64,000 bases of DNA from Pyrinomonadaceae bacterium (GTDB lineage: Bacteria; Acidobacteriota; Blastocatellia; Pyrinomonadales; Pyrinomonadaceae). Numbering within the stretch: the stretch's first letter is position 1; every line of letters begins with the position of its first letter. Below the pieces are notes generated by a model. It saw only the letters and a program-made list of their open reading frames with translations, was not told where the DNA came from and made no database searches. The position numbers and the translations under genes are program-made. This document shows positions 42,086 to 51,300 of the stretch, one piece after another. Where the stretch lies: NCBI GenBank assembly GCA_036388995.1, contig DASVQU010000001.1, positions 81-64,080 on the forward strand. Direction: 5' to 3'.

Positions 42086-43465
42086 GTGACGGATAAGCCT
42101 TTAAAATCAGTTCACATCACGAATTATTACCACAAAAATTCCGGTGGCATCAGCAATTCGTACAATCGCCTGCTCGAAGCGGCGGAACGGCACAAAAGAT
42201 ACGTGCGTCTGATTGTTCCGGGCGAGACCGACGCGATAGAAGAAGTCAATCCATACGCCAAAATTTATTACGTCCAAGCCCCGCAATCGCCGGTTTTCGA
42301 CAAACGGTATCGCATTCTGCTGCCTTGGAGAACTTATCTCAAAGGCGATATGCCGATTCGCCGCATTCTTCTGGACGAAATGCCGGATATGATCGAGATT
42401 GCCGAAAAATATTCGCTTTCTCTGCTCGCCGGAATCATCCGAATGGGGCATTTTAAAAAGCTCGGTCGCCCGATGCTCGTGCATTTTTCGTGCGAGCGGA
42501 TGGACGACAACATCCGCTCGTTTTTATCAAAAGGCAAGCTGGCAAATTGGTTTGCGCGGCGCGTAATGGGAAATTACAACTTTCCGATGTTCGATTTTCA
42601 CATCGGAAACTCGCCCTACACGGCGCAGGAATTGTTGGACGCGGTTTTGCCGGAAACAAACCAGCACCGCTCGGAATGGTTTTTCAATTTCTGCTGGCGT
42701 TATTTTCGCGCCGCCCGAACGCCGATTGCAGAACGAGTTTTTTCAAATCCGCGCGGCGTTGACAGCATGCTCTACAACTTGGAGCGTAAAACTGCCGAAA
42801 ATCGCCGCGAGCTGATTGAGCTTTCAGGATTTCCCGAATCCGCAACCGTTCTTTTGTACGCCGGTCGCATTTCGCCGGAAAAAAACGTGACTATGCTGCC
42901 GGAAGTGATGCGGATTTTGAGCGGCGACAAAACGCGAGATTATCGTTTTTTGTTCGCCGGAGACGGACCGCAAGCCGAAGAACTGAAAAAGGAATTTGAG
43001 AGAATCGCGCCCGGCAGAGCTAAGTTTTTAGGACATTTGACCGACAAACAAAAGCTCGCAAATTTATACGCGAATGCAGATGCGTTTGTACATCCGAACC
43101 CGCACGAGCCTTTCGGAATCGCGCCGCTCGAAGCGATGGCTTCCGGCGCGCCCGTCGCTGCGCCGAATTCGGGCGGTTTGCTTTCCTACGCTTCAAACGA
43201 AAACGCCTGGCTCGTTGCGCCCGAAGCAAAGGAATTTGCCGCCGCCGTTCAAAACGTTTTCGCTGATGAGGCGCGCCGCCGGCAAAAAGTTCAAAACGCT
43301 TTGGAAACCGCGCGCAATCACACTTGGGAAGCCTCGACCGACCGCCTTTTCGCTTTGTACGATAAATTGTACGAAGATTTTTGCCGCCGCCGCGAGCTTT
43401 ACGTTTACGAAACCGAACCGAAAGAAATCAATTTCGCGCGCGAGCTTTTGACGGAAATAAGATAA
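42086..43465 (+). CDS. GT4-family glycosyltransferase, second copy
   Basis: GTG start. VHITNYYHKNSGGIS N-terminus. C-terminal GRISPEKN...FVHPNPHEPFGIAPLEAMASGAPVAAP. Confidence 0.75.
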   Translation: MTDKPLKSVHITNYYHKNSGGISNSYNRLLEAAERHKRYVRLIVPGETDAIEEVNPYAKIYYVQAPQSPVFDKRYRILLPWRTYLKGDMPIRRILLDEMPDMIEIAEKYSLSLLAGIIRMGHFKKLGRPMLVHFSCERMDDNIRSFLSKGKLANWFARRVMGNYNFPMFDFHIGNSPYTAQELLDAVLPETNQHRSEWFFNFCWRYFRAARTPIAERVFSNPRGVDSMLYNLERKTAENRRELIELSGFPESATVLLYAGRISPEKNVTMLPEVMRILSGDKTRDYRFLFAGDGPQAEELKKEFERIAPGRAKFLGHLTDKQKLANLYANADAFVHPNPHEPFGIAPLEAMASGAPVAAPNSGGLLSYASNENAWLVAPEAKEFAAAVQNVFADEARRRQKVQNALETARNHTWEASTDRLFALYDKLYEDFCRRRELYVYETEPKEINFARELLTEIR

Positions 43466-43477
43466 AATTTAGAAGCA

Positions 43478-44575
43478 ATGAATGAGCTGGTGCTGGCAAA
43501 CTTGCGGACTCGTCCGTTTAGAACATTTATCGCCGTCGTCGGCGTCGCGCTTGGCGTCGTGCTGGTAATTTTGTTCACCGGATTGGCGCGCGGAATGTCG
43601 AACGATATGGCGAAGCGCGCATCGAATTGGAAAGCGGAAATTGTTTTCACTCGCCCCGGATCATTTGAAACCTCAAGCTCAAACGCTTCCGTCAACACGA
43701 AATATGTCGAACGGCTGGTAGAAATTGAAGGAGTGGAATCTGCCGTTCCGATTATTCGTTATTTCGTCGCCGGAACAGGCAGCTTTGGTCTCAGACAAAT
43801 TGACGGCGTTGATTGGGACGGTTATGCGCGAATGAACGAAATGCGAATCGTGCGCGGGAGCGCCGCCGTCGCCAATGACGAAGTAATTTTGGACGAGCGC
43901 GAAGCCGGCGATTTGAACGTTGATGTCGGCGGTACAATCAACTTATTCGGCAACAAGCCTTACAAAGTCGTCGGCGTTTTCGCGCCGCCGTCGGGCGCGC
44001 GAACGAAAATGTCGCTCACGGCTTTGCAGGACATTTTGCAGGCGCCGGGAAAATGCTCTTATATTTTGGTCAAAATCAAAGAAGGCATTTCAGCAGAAAC
44101 CGTCGCCGCCAGAATCAACGAAGAATTGCCGGGAAATAAAATAAATTTGACGCAGGATTTGATTGTTGACGCCGAACAGCGCTTTCCGGCACTTAAAAAC
44201 TTTTTGCGAACGCTTGTCGGTTTGGGCGCATTCGTCTCGTTTATTTTCGTGCTGCTTTCGATGTACACGACCGTTACGGAGCGGCGACGCGAAATCGGGA
44301 TTCTAAAATCTCTCGGCGCATCGCAGATGTTTATCGTCGGGACTATCGAATTCGAGGCTTTGCTGATCGGCATTTTAGGGGCGATCACCGGATTTGCGGT
44401 CGCCTTTGCCGCCGCGTTTTTGATTCAAAACGTTTTTAATCTGGCATTTGAATACAACACCGGCTGGATGCTGACGGCAATCGCTCTGGCAATCGTCGGC
44501 AGCCTCGTCGGCGCGCTCTATCCGGCGTGGCGCGCGTCGAGTCTCGACGTAGTACAAGTTCTAACAAATGAGTAA
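43478..44575 (+). CDS. ABC-transporter permease, FtsX/MacB-LolCE type (no adjacent ATPase)
   Basis: An N-terminal TM, a large periplasmic MacB-like domain, then 3 C-terminal TMs with RRREIGILKSLGAS. Confidence 0.75.
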   Translation: MNELVLANLRTRPFRTFIAVVGVALGVVLVILFTGLARGMSNDMAKRASNWKAEIVFTRPGSFETSSSNASVNTKYVERLVEIEGVESAVPIIRYFVAGTGSFGLRQIDGVDWDGYARMNEMRIVRGSAAVANDEVILDEREAGDLNVDVGGTINLFGNKPYKVVGVFAPPSGARTKMSLTALQDILQAPGKCSYILVKIKEGISAETVAARINEELPGNKINLTQDLIVDAEQRFPALKNFLRTLVGLGAFVSFIFVLLSMYTTVTERRREIGILKSLGASQMFIVGTIEFEALLIGILGAITGFAVAFAAAFLIQNVFNLAFEYNTGWMLTAIALAIVGSLVGALYPAWRASSLDVVQVLTNE

Positions 44576-44647
44576 TTAGTAATTAGTAATTAGTAATTAG
44601 TTTAAATGCTGATTACTTATTACTTATTACTTATTACTTATTACTAC
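44570..44647. repeat. tandem-repeat-armed hairpin, type D (TAATTAG)n / (CTTATTA)n
   Basis: GAGTAATTAGTAATTAGTAATTAGTAATTAG - loop - ATTACTTATTACTTATTACTTATTACTTATTACTAC. One mismatch per heptamer. The permease stop TAA lies inside the first unit. Confidence 0.85.
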
Positions 44648-44652
44648 CAAGA

Positions 44653-45846
44653 ATGAGTCAGGATTTATTGCTCGACGCGGTGCAGAACAAACCGGTTTCG
44701 AGCCGGCAGGGGATTTTACAGAAGCTTTTCGCGGTTTATTTCGACGGTTTGGTTTACAACCAGATTTGGGAAGACCCGCGCGTTGATTTGCAGGCTTTAA
44801 GATTGGGCGGCGATTCGCGCGTTTTATCAATCGCTTCGGGCGGCTGCAACGCTTTGAATTATTTGACCGCCGAGCCGGAATCCGTGACGGCGGTTGATTT
44901 AAATCCGAATCATCTTTATCTGACTAGATTAAAAATTGCAGCGCTTCGCTACTTGCCCGATCACGAATCGTTTTTTGATTTTTTCGGACGCGCCAACGTC
45001 AAAAGCAACGTTGCCAATTATCACAAATATCTTGCGCCGAAACTCGATGAAGACACGCGCGGTTTTTGGGATAATCGAATCAATTATTTCGCCAAAGGTT
45101 TTTACAATTACGCCCGCAACGGTTATTTTCTCAGGTTTTTTCACCGCTTTGCCAAAACAATCGGCTGCAACCCGAACGATTTGACGAAAGCGACGACGCT
45201 CGCGGAACAGGAACAATTTTTCGAGAAATCGGTCGCGCCGTTTTTCGACAATTTTTTAATTAAAGTTTTGAGCAAAACGCCGATTACGGTTTTCGGTCTC
45301 GGAATTCCGCCGCAGCAGTTTGAAGAATTAAAACGCGACGCCGAAAACGGAATTATTGATTTAATGCGCGAGCGCGTCCGAAGGCTGTGCGCCGGTTTTC
45401 CGATTCAGGACAATTATTTCGCGTGGCAGGCGTTTACGCGCCGTTATGATACTGAAAACCGGGTGGCGATTCCCGATTATTTGAAAGAAGAAAATTATTC
45501 GCTTTTAAAAGAAAATTCGCATCGGCTGCGCGCCGAAATAGCTTCGATAATTGATTTTATCAAAGAGCAGCCCGTCGGCGCTTTCAATCGTTTCGTCTTT
45601 CTGGACGCGCAGGATTGGATGAATGCAGAGACTTTGACCGATTTGTGGACGGCGATTGCCGGGCGCGGCGGCGAAAACACGCGGATTATTTTTAGAACTG
45701 CGAGCGCGGATTCTCCACTCGAAACCGCTTTGCCGTCGGATTTGCGAGGGAAATTCAATTACGAAAAAGAATTTTCGCAAGAATTATTCAAACAAGACCG
45801 AGCCGCAATCTACGGCGGATTCCATCTTTATACTTTGAAGAATTGA
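44653..45846 (+). CDS. btaA: DUF3419/BtaA-like protein (S-adenosylmethionine:diacylglycerol 3-amino-3-carboxypropyl transferase family)
   Basis: YNQIWEDPRVDLQAL...VLSIASGGCNALNYL...VTAVDLNPNHLYLTRLKIAA matches my memory of the BtaA/DUF3419 N-terminal motifs. Followed by a BtaB-like methyltransferase. Confidence 0.65.
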   Translation: MSQDLLLDAVQNKPVSSRQGILQKLFAVYFDGLVYNQIWEDPRVDLQALRLGGDSRVLSIASGGCNALNYLTAEPESVTAVDLNPNHLYLTRLKIAALRYLPDHESFFDFFGRANVKSNVANYHKYLAPKLDEDTRGFWDNRINYFAKGFYNYARNGYFLRFFHRFAKTIGCNPNDLTKATTLAEQEQFFEKSVAPFFDNFLIKVLSKTPITVFGLGIPPQQFEELKRDAENGIIDLMRERVRRLCAGFPIQDNYFAWQAFTRRYDTENRVAIPDYLKEENYSLLKENSHRLRAEIASIIDFIKEQPVGAFNRFVFLDAQDWMNAETLTDLWTAIAGRGGENTRIIFRTASADSPLETALPSDLRGKFNYEKEFSQELFKQDRAAIYGGFHLYTLKN

Positions 45847-45847
45847 A

Positions 45848-45915
45848 CCACAGAGGACACAAAGGACACGGAGTAAAAAACAATAAAAACTCTGTGTCCT
45901 CTGTGTCCTCTGTGG
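45848..45915. repeat. tandem-repeat-armed hairpin, type A variant with 9-nt period (CACAGAGGA)n, copy 4
   Basis: CCACAGAGGACACAAAGGACACGGAG - TAAAAAACAATAAAAA - CTCTGTGTCCTCTGTGTCCTCTGTGG. The loop is nearly identical to that of copy 3. Confidence 0.9.
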
Positions 45916-45953
45916 TGAATTTTGCTTTAGCTGTGGCAGACGCAAAAGTTGCA

Positions 45954-46580
45954 ATGGATAGAATGTACCGTTACCAGCGGCACATTTATGATTTGACCAG
46001 AAAATTTTATCTTTTGGGGCGCGACCGTTTGCTTGAAGAAATGGACGTGCGGGCGAGCGACGCCGTTTTGGAAGTCGGCTGCGGAACGGGTAGAAATTTG
46101 ATCGTTCTGGCGGAAAAATATCCGGCAATGCGTTTTTATGGTTTGGATGCGGCGCAAGTTATGCTCGACACGGCGCAGGCGAAAATTGACGCCAAAGATT
46201 TAACCGAAAACATCACCTTGCGGCGCGAGCTGGCGGAAGATTTGGATTACCGCAAAACTTTTAACCTCGACGAGCCTTTCGATGCGATTTTCTTTTCCTA
46301 TTCAATCACAATGATTCCGACGTGGCGCGAAGCTCTCAAAGCCGCGCTCGATAATCTCAAAGCCGGGCGCTCGATTTATATTGTGGATTTTTGGGATCAA
46401 AAAGATTTGCCCGTCTGGTTTCAGGGGATTTTGAAAACCTGGCTCAAACAGTTTCACGTCCAATTCTGGGGCGATTTAATGCCGCATTTGGAAAATCTCG
46501 AACAACAGGGCTTAGGAAAATTAAAAGTTACTTCAATTGCGCGCCGCTATGCTTTTCTCGCGCAGTTTAAAAAGAATTAA
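45954..46580 (+). CDS. btaB: class I SAM-dependent methyltransferase, BtaB-like (DGTS N-methyltransferase family)
   Basis: The track N-terminus (45843) translates the hairpin (MNHRGHKGHG...). ATG at 45954 (or GTG at 45933) gives MDRMYRYQRHIYDLTRKFYLLGRDRLL...VLEVGCGTGRNL. Confidence 0.65.
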   Translation: MDRMYRYQRHIYDLTRKFYLLGRDRLLEEMDVRASDAVLEVGCGTGRNLIVLAEKYPAMRFYGLDAAQVMLDTAQAKIDAKDLTENITLRRELAEDLDYRKTFNLDEPFDAIFFSYSITMIPTWREALKAALDNLKAGRSIYIVDFWDQKDLPVWFQGILKTWLKQFHVQFWGDLMPHLENLEQQGLGKLKVTSIARRYAFLAQFKKN

Positions 46581-46616
46581 GCTAAAGAACATCATTCAGG
46601 AACTTATTTTACGTTC

Positions 46617-46997
46617 TCAATAGCTCCGTCCTTTATCTTCGGTTTTTAAAAAAGCGATTATAAAAAGCGCGCCCAAAATCAAATCAATTATCGCAGCGCC
46701 AAAAAGCGGAACAGCGAGGCGATTTTGCAGAAACAAAATTACAGCGGCGATTCCAAAGCTGAATTTTTCAATCATCGCGGGAATCATTGCGGCGCGATAG
46801 CGTACGGGATTACGAGCGATGATCAAAAATAAAACTTGAAAAGCCAGCGCGACGCCGATAAAACCGTAATAATATTCGGGATGCGTGATGGCGGGCGGAA
46901 AATCGCGCCCGTTTTTCTCTTCCCAAAAATATTGCGGGGCGAGTGCGATTAAGCCGTAAACGCCCGCAATATAAAAAACTGTCCCGGCAAATTTCAT
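46617..46997 (-). CDS. small polytopic membrane protein (hypothetical)
   Basis: ATG at 46997, directly after the upstream stop. 4 TM helices. Confidence 0.55.
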   Translation of the reverse strand: MKFAGTVFYIAGVYGLIALAPQYFWEEKNGRDFPPAITHPEYYYGFIGVALAFQVLFLIIARNPVRYRAAMIPAMIEKFSFGIAAVILFLQNRLAVPLFGAAIIDLILGALFIIAFLKTEDKGRSY

Positions 46998-46998
46998 T

Positions 46999-47862
46999 TC
47001 AGTACAAAACCGAAGGCAGGAAAGCACCGCGCGGCTCTTCGTAAGCGCCCATTGCCATCAAAGACATCGGTTTGACGACTCGCATTTTCTTGCTCAAACA
47101 CCAGCGGAAAAGCGCCGCCTGGCGCGTTGGCAGCAACAGAGAAAGCGGTTGATCGGTTAAATTCGCCGCGCCGAGCAGAACGGCGTGCAGATCGGCTTCG
47201 GTTTCCGCGACGGCGTGATTCGCCTGCCAAAAGTTTGGAGCCGAAGCGTAGGCGACAATTCGGTTTTCGCGCAGGGCAACAAAGCTTTGAAATATTTGCG
47301 AGTTTTGCCCGATGTCGTGAAGTCGGGAAAATCCGTGAATTTGGCGATGCAAACGGTCGCAATCGGCGAAATCCGATTCTTCCATCCGCCGGACTTCATA
47401 ACCCGCTGCGGCTTCGCCCTCGATTTTGCCCGCAATCAAAACGAGCGGTTCTTTAATATCAAAACCGAGCGCCGCGTAAAGCGACATCGAAACCGTGTTA
47501 AAAGCGTCCTGCACCAATCTAATTCCCGGCGCTCGCAGTCCGCGTTCGATGATGGCTTCCATTAATTGTCGTCCGACGCCGGATGCCTGGACGTTCGGGT
47601 CAACCGTAATCGGACCAACGCCGGCAATTTCGTTTCCTTCGTGGAGAAAATTTGAACCGATGATTTTGCCGTTTTGTTCGGCGACGATGCCCCAAACGGT
47701 CGGATCGCCGCAGCACCAATTGGCGACGGATGTCGCGTGGTCGAGATTGGGGAAATCGTGAGGGAAATTGTGCCGGTCGGCGATGCCGTCAAATGCGGCT
47801 TTGATAATCGGCGCTATTTGCACGGCGTCGGCTGGCGCTGCCGGGCGAAGTTGAATGCTCAT
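46999..47862 (-). CDS. GNAT-family N-acetyltransferase
   Basis: ATG at 47862 is preceded by GGAGG. MSIQLRPAAPADAVQIAPI...VDPNVQASGVGRQLMEAII is GNAT motif A. Confidence 0.75.
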   Translation of the reverse strand: MSIQLRPAAPADAVQIAPIIKAAFDGIADRHNFPHDFPNLDHATSVANWCCGDPTVWGIVAEQNGKIIGSNFLHEGNEIAGVGPITVDPNVQASGVGRQLMEAIIERGLRAPGIRLVQDAFNTVSMSLYAALGFDIKEPLVLIAGKIEGEAAAGYEVRRMEESDFADCDRLHRQIHGFSRLHDIGQNSQIFQSFVALRENRIVAYASAPNFWQANHAVAETEADLHAVLLGAANLTDQPLSLLLPTRQAALFRWCLSKKMRVVKPMSLMAMGAYEEPRGAFLPSVLY

Positions 47863-48353
47863 TATTTTGCCTCCTGATTTGAATGATTTAAAGCGAAAAT
47901 TTGCTTTACGCCAAACATTTAATTTCTGTTTTCTTAAATTCGGTGCGAGCTGAAAATCTAACACAATTTTTGACGCGGCGGACAACCGCAGTGCGTCGGC
48001 GCTTTATTTTTTGCGCAAAGCGTTTCAGAGATTTATCCTTGTTCATTTCTTTCGCCTCTTTTCGCTGTAAAAATCTTCTCTAGCATTTAACGCGGAAAAA
48101 AGACGCAGAAAGTATCAACCGATTTTGCCGGAGCGGCATTCCCAATTTGTTTGCGCTGGCAAAGCCTTTTTAATAAAGGGCTTGATTTTATTTGGAAATG
48201 ATTTATACTCCACTTTCTACAAGTCGCTCGGTTCATCAATGTAATCACAATTGAAATTTGAATTTGGACAATTTGTTCTCGTCTCGTTATGCATTTTGCC
48301 GAATACCGCCGACGGCTTTATTTCTTAGTTTAAAGAGAAAAGGAAGTACCTCT

Positions 48354-51300
48354 ATGCCCGTTATTTTTACCGTAAATCGTAAGAGATTCAATTTTTCGCT
48401 GCTGACTTTGACCGTTATCATTTTTGCCGTTGTTTTCGGAGCGGCGAAAACGGCGGCTCATTCGGAAAACGACGCTTTTGTTCCCAGCGCCGAAACCGCC
48501 TCTCCGCAGCAAACTTTTACCGTCAATAGAACCGATGACGCGCCGGACGCAAACACGGCTGATAACATTTGCGACGTTGATCTGGCAACGCTCGGTCAGC
48601 AATGCACTTTGCGAGCCGCCGTCGCACAATCAAACGTCACGGCGGGAGCCGATATGATTAATTTTTCGCTTCTCGATGCATCGGTTATTAATTTAACCAG
48701 CGGCGTGCTTTTGATAAATCAAAGCGTTGAGATTAGAGGTTCCGGCGCGAGAAACTTGACCGTTCAGCGCACCACGGGTCAGGCGGCACCGGTTTTTAAT
48801 ATATTTAATATCGTCGGTCCGGCTTATAATTCTACTGAAACAATAACCGTCGGCATTTCCGGTTTGACGATGGCTAACGGCTCCGCAAATTCCGGCGGCG
48901 GTATCAACAGTTTCGGAGCCGTTACGCTTAATCTCACGGAAGTCACGCTCAGAAACAATCGAGGAAATAACGGCGGCGCCATTTTTAACGCGGGAAACGC
49001 TTTAAACATTCTGCGCTCTACATTAAATGACAATATCGCCCTTAGTTCAGGCGGAGCGATTTACAACTCTTACGGCTCGGTTAACATAGCCAACTCGACA
49101 ATTGCGAACAATTCGGCAAACGGCAGCGGCGGCGGCATATTTAACAGCAACGATGGCGACAACAATAATGTTTTAACGTTAAATAACGTCACAATCAGCA
49201 ATAATGACGCTGACACTGGCGGCGGCGTGACAAACCGCAAAACGGCGTTTGTCCGAAACACGATTATCGCAGGTAATACTGCGCGGCGAGACCCGGACGT
49301 TGAAGGAGTTTCAAATTTTATTTCGCTCGGCAATAATTTAATCGGAAGATCCGATTTTTCCGTCGGATTTTTCAACGGCATAGGCGGCGATATAGTCGGA
49401 ACGAGCGGAGCGCCTGTCAATCCTTTGCTCGACCCGCTCCGAAACAACGGCGGACCGACCGACACGATGGCTTTGCTCCCCGCCAGCCCGGCGGTTGATT
49501 CGGGGAACGATTGCGTCATCAATGCCATTTGCCCTCTCAGCAATCCTCCCGTTCCGCTGCTGACGGATCAGAGAGACGCGCTTTTTTCCAGATCCGTCGG
49601 AAATTCCGTTGATATTGGAGCTTATGAATTAAACGTTCCCGAACCCGTCATCACATCAATCTCTCCGGCTCGAATCGCGGCGGGCAGCAATGCTTTCGAG
49701 ATTGTTGTCACCGGCAGCGGTTTTGTGAACGGCTCGATTGTGCAATGGGCTGGAGAAAACAGACCGACGACTTTTGTCTCTCCGACTGAATTAAGAGCGC
49801 AAATTTCGGCTGCCGACGTTCAAATGACGGGGCAGTTTCTGGTGACGGTTTTTAATCCGACGCCCGGCGGCGGCATTTCAAACCAAATTACTTTCGTCGT
49901 CTTTAATTGTTCTTACACAATAAATCCGACAAGTGCGAATGTTCCGAGCACCAGCGTCAGCGTTACGTTTAACGTCACTACGACCGCCGAATGCGGTTGG
50001 ACTGCCACAACCACCACTCCCTGGATTTCAATCACAAACGGCAACGGCACCGGCAATGGAACGGTTGCTTTTACCGTTCAGGAAAACACCGGACCCGCGC
50101 GAACGGGAACAGTCATGGTCGGCGGGCAGACATTTACGGTTAATCAAGCGGGCGGCTGCGCTTTTACATTGAATCCGACAAACGCCACCATTGCTGTTGG
50201 GGGCGGCAACGGCAGCTTTAATATTACGACTGCCGCCGGTTGTACGTGGACGGCGGCGAGCAATGATCCATGGATAACAATCACCAACAACAGCGGAAGC
50301 GGAACGGGAAGCGGAACCGTCGCTTTTACGGTGCAGCCAAATGGGGGTCCTCCGCGAACCGGCACGATTACGGCGGGCGGACAGACCTTTACCGTTAACC
50401 AGCAATCGGGCTGCACTTATACAGTTTCGCCGACGAATTTAAACGTCAACGCCGCAAGTAGTACCGGCAGCATAACTGTAACTACATCTGCTGGATGCAC
50501 CTGGACTGCCGCCAGCAATTCTCCGTGGATTACAATTACTTCGGGAGGCACGGGAACCGGAAATGGAACGGTTAATTTCACAGCCGCCGCCAACACAGGA
50601 GCCGCTCGCGTCGGAACTATTACCGTTGCCGGTCAGACCGTAACAATAAACCAACCGTCTCCGACCAATTTTAACAAAACTCCGTTCGATTTCGACGGCG
50701 ACGGACGCGCAGACATCTCAGTTTTCCGTCCTTCGACCGGCACCTGGCACATCTCGCAGTCATCAAACGGAACGCTCCGTTCCACCACTTTCGGACAAGC
50801 CGGAGATTTAGTCGCTCCCGCCGATTACGATGGTGACGGCAGAACGGACATCGCGGTTTTTCGTTTTGGATTTTGGTATCGCATAAACAGCTTGACAAAC
50901 CAATTTGTCGCCGTTCAGTTCGGTTCTTCGGGCGACATTCCAATGGCGGCGGATTATGACGGCGACGGACTCGCCGACATTTCGGTTTTCCGCCCGTCAA
51001 CCGGAGATTGGTTTAGAATCAACAGCAGCAACAATCAATTCGTAGCCGTTCATTGGGGCGCGAGCGGTGACGTTCCGGTTATGGGCGATTTTGACGGTGA
51101 TGGACGAGCAGATCTCGCTGTTTTTCGTCCGACAACCGGCGATTGGTACATTTTGCGCAGCTCGGATAATTCGTTCTTCGGAATCAATTTCGGAGTACCG
51201 GGCGACGTTCCGGCGGCGGCGGATTTTGATGGAGATAAGAGAACCGACATTTCGGTTTATCGCCCGTCAAACGGCACCTGGTATCGAATCAACAGCAGCA

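Noticed and set aside
45843-45953. Extended N-termini in the ORF track that translate hairpin repeats: MNHRGHKGHGVKNNKNSVSSVSSVV here; also 40032..40061, 16874..16963 (TETQRHRDKK...LCLCVSV) and 21524..21568
   Set aside because: These peptides are just the repeat units read in frame. Downstream starts give canonical N-termini or signal peptides, so I trimmed the genes.
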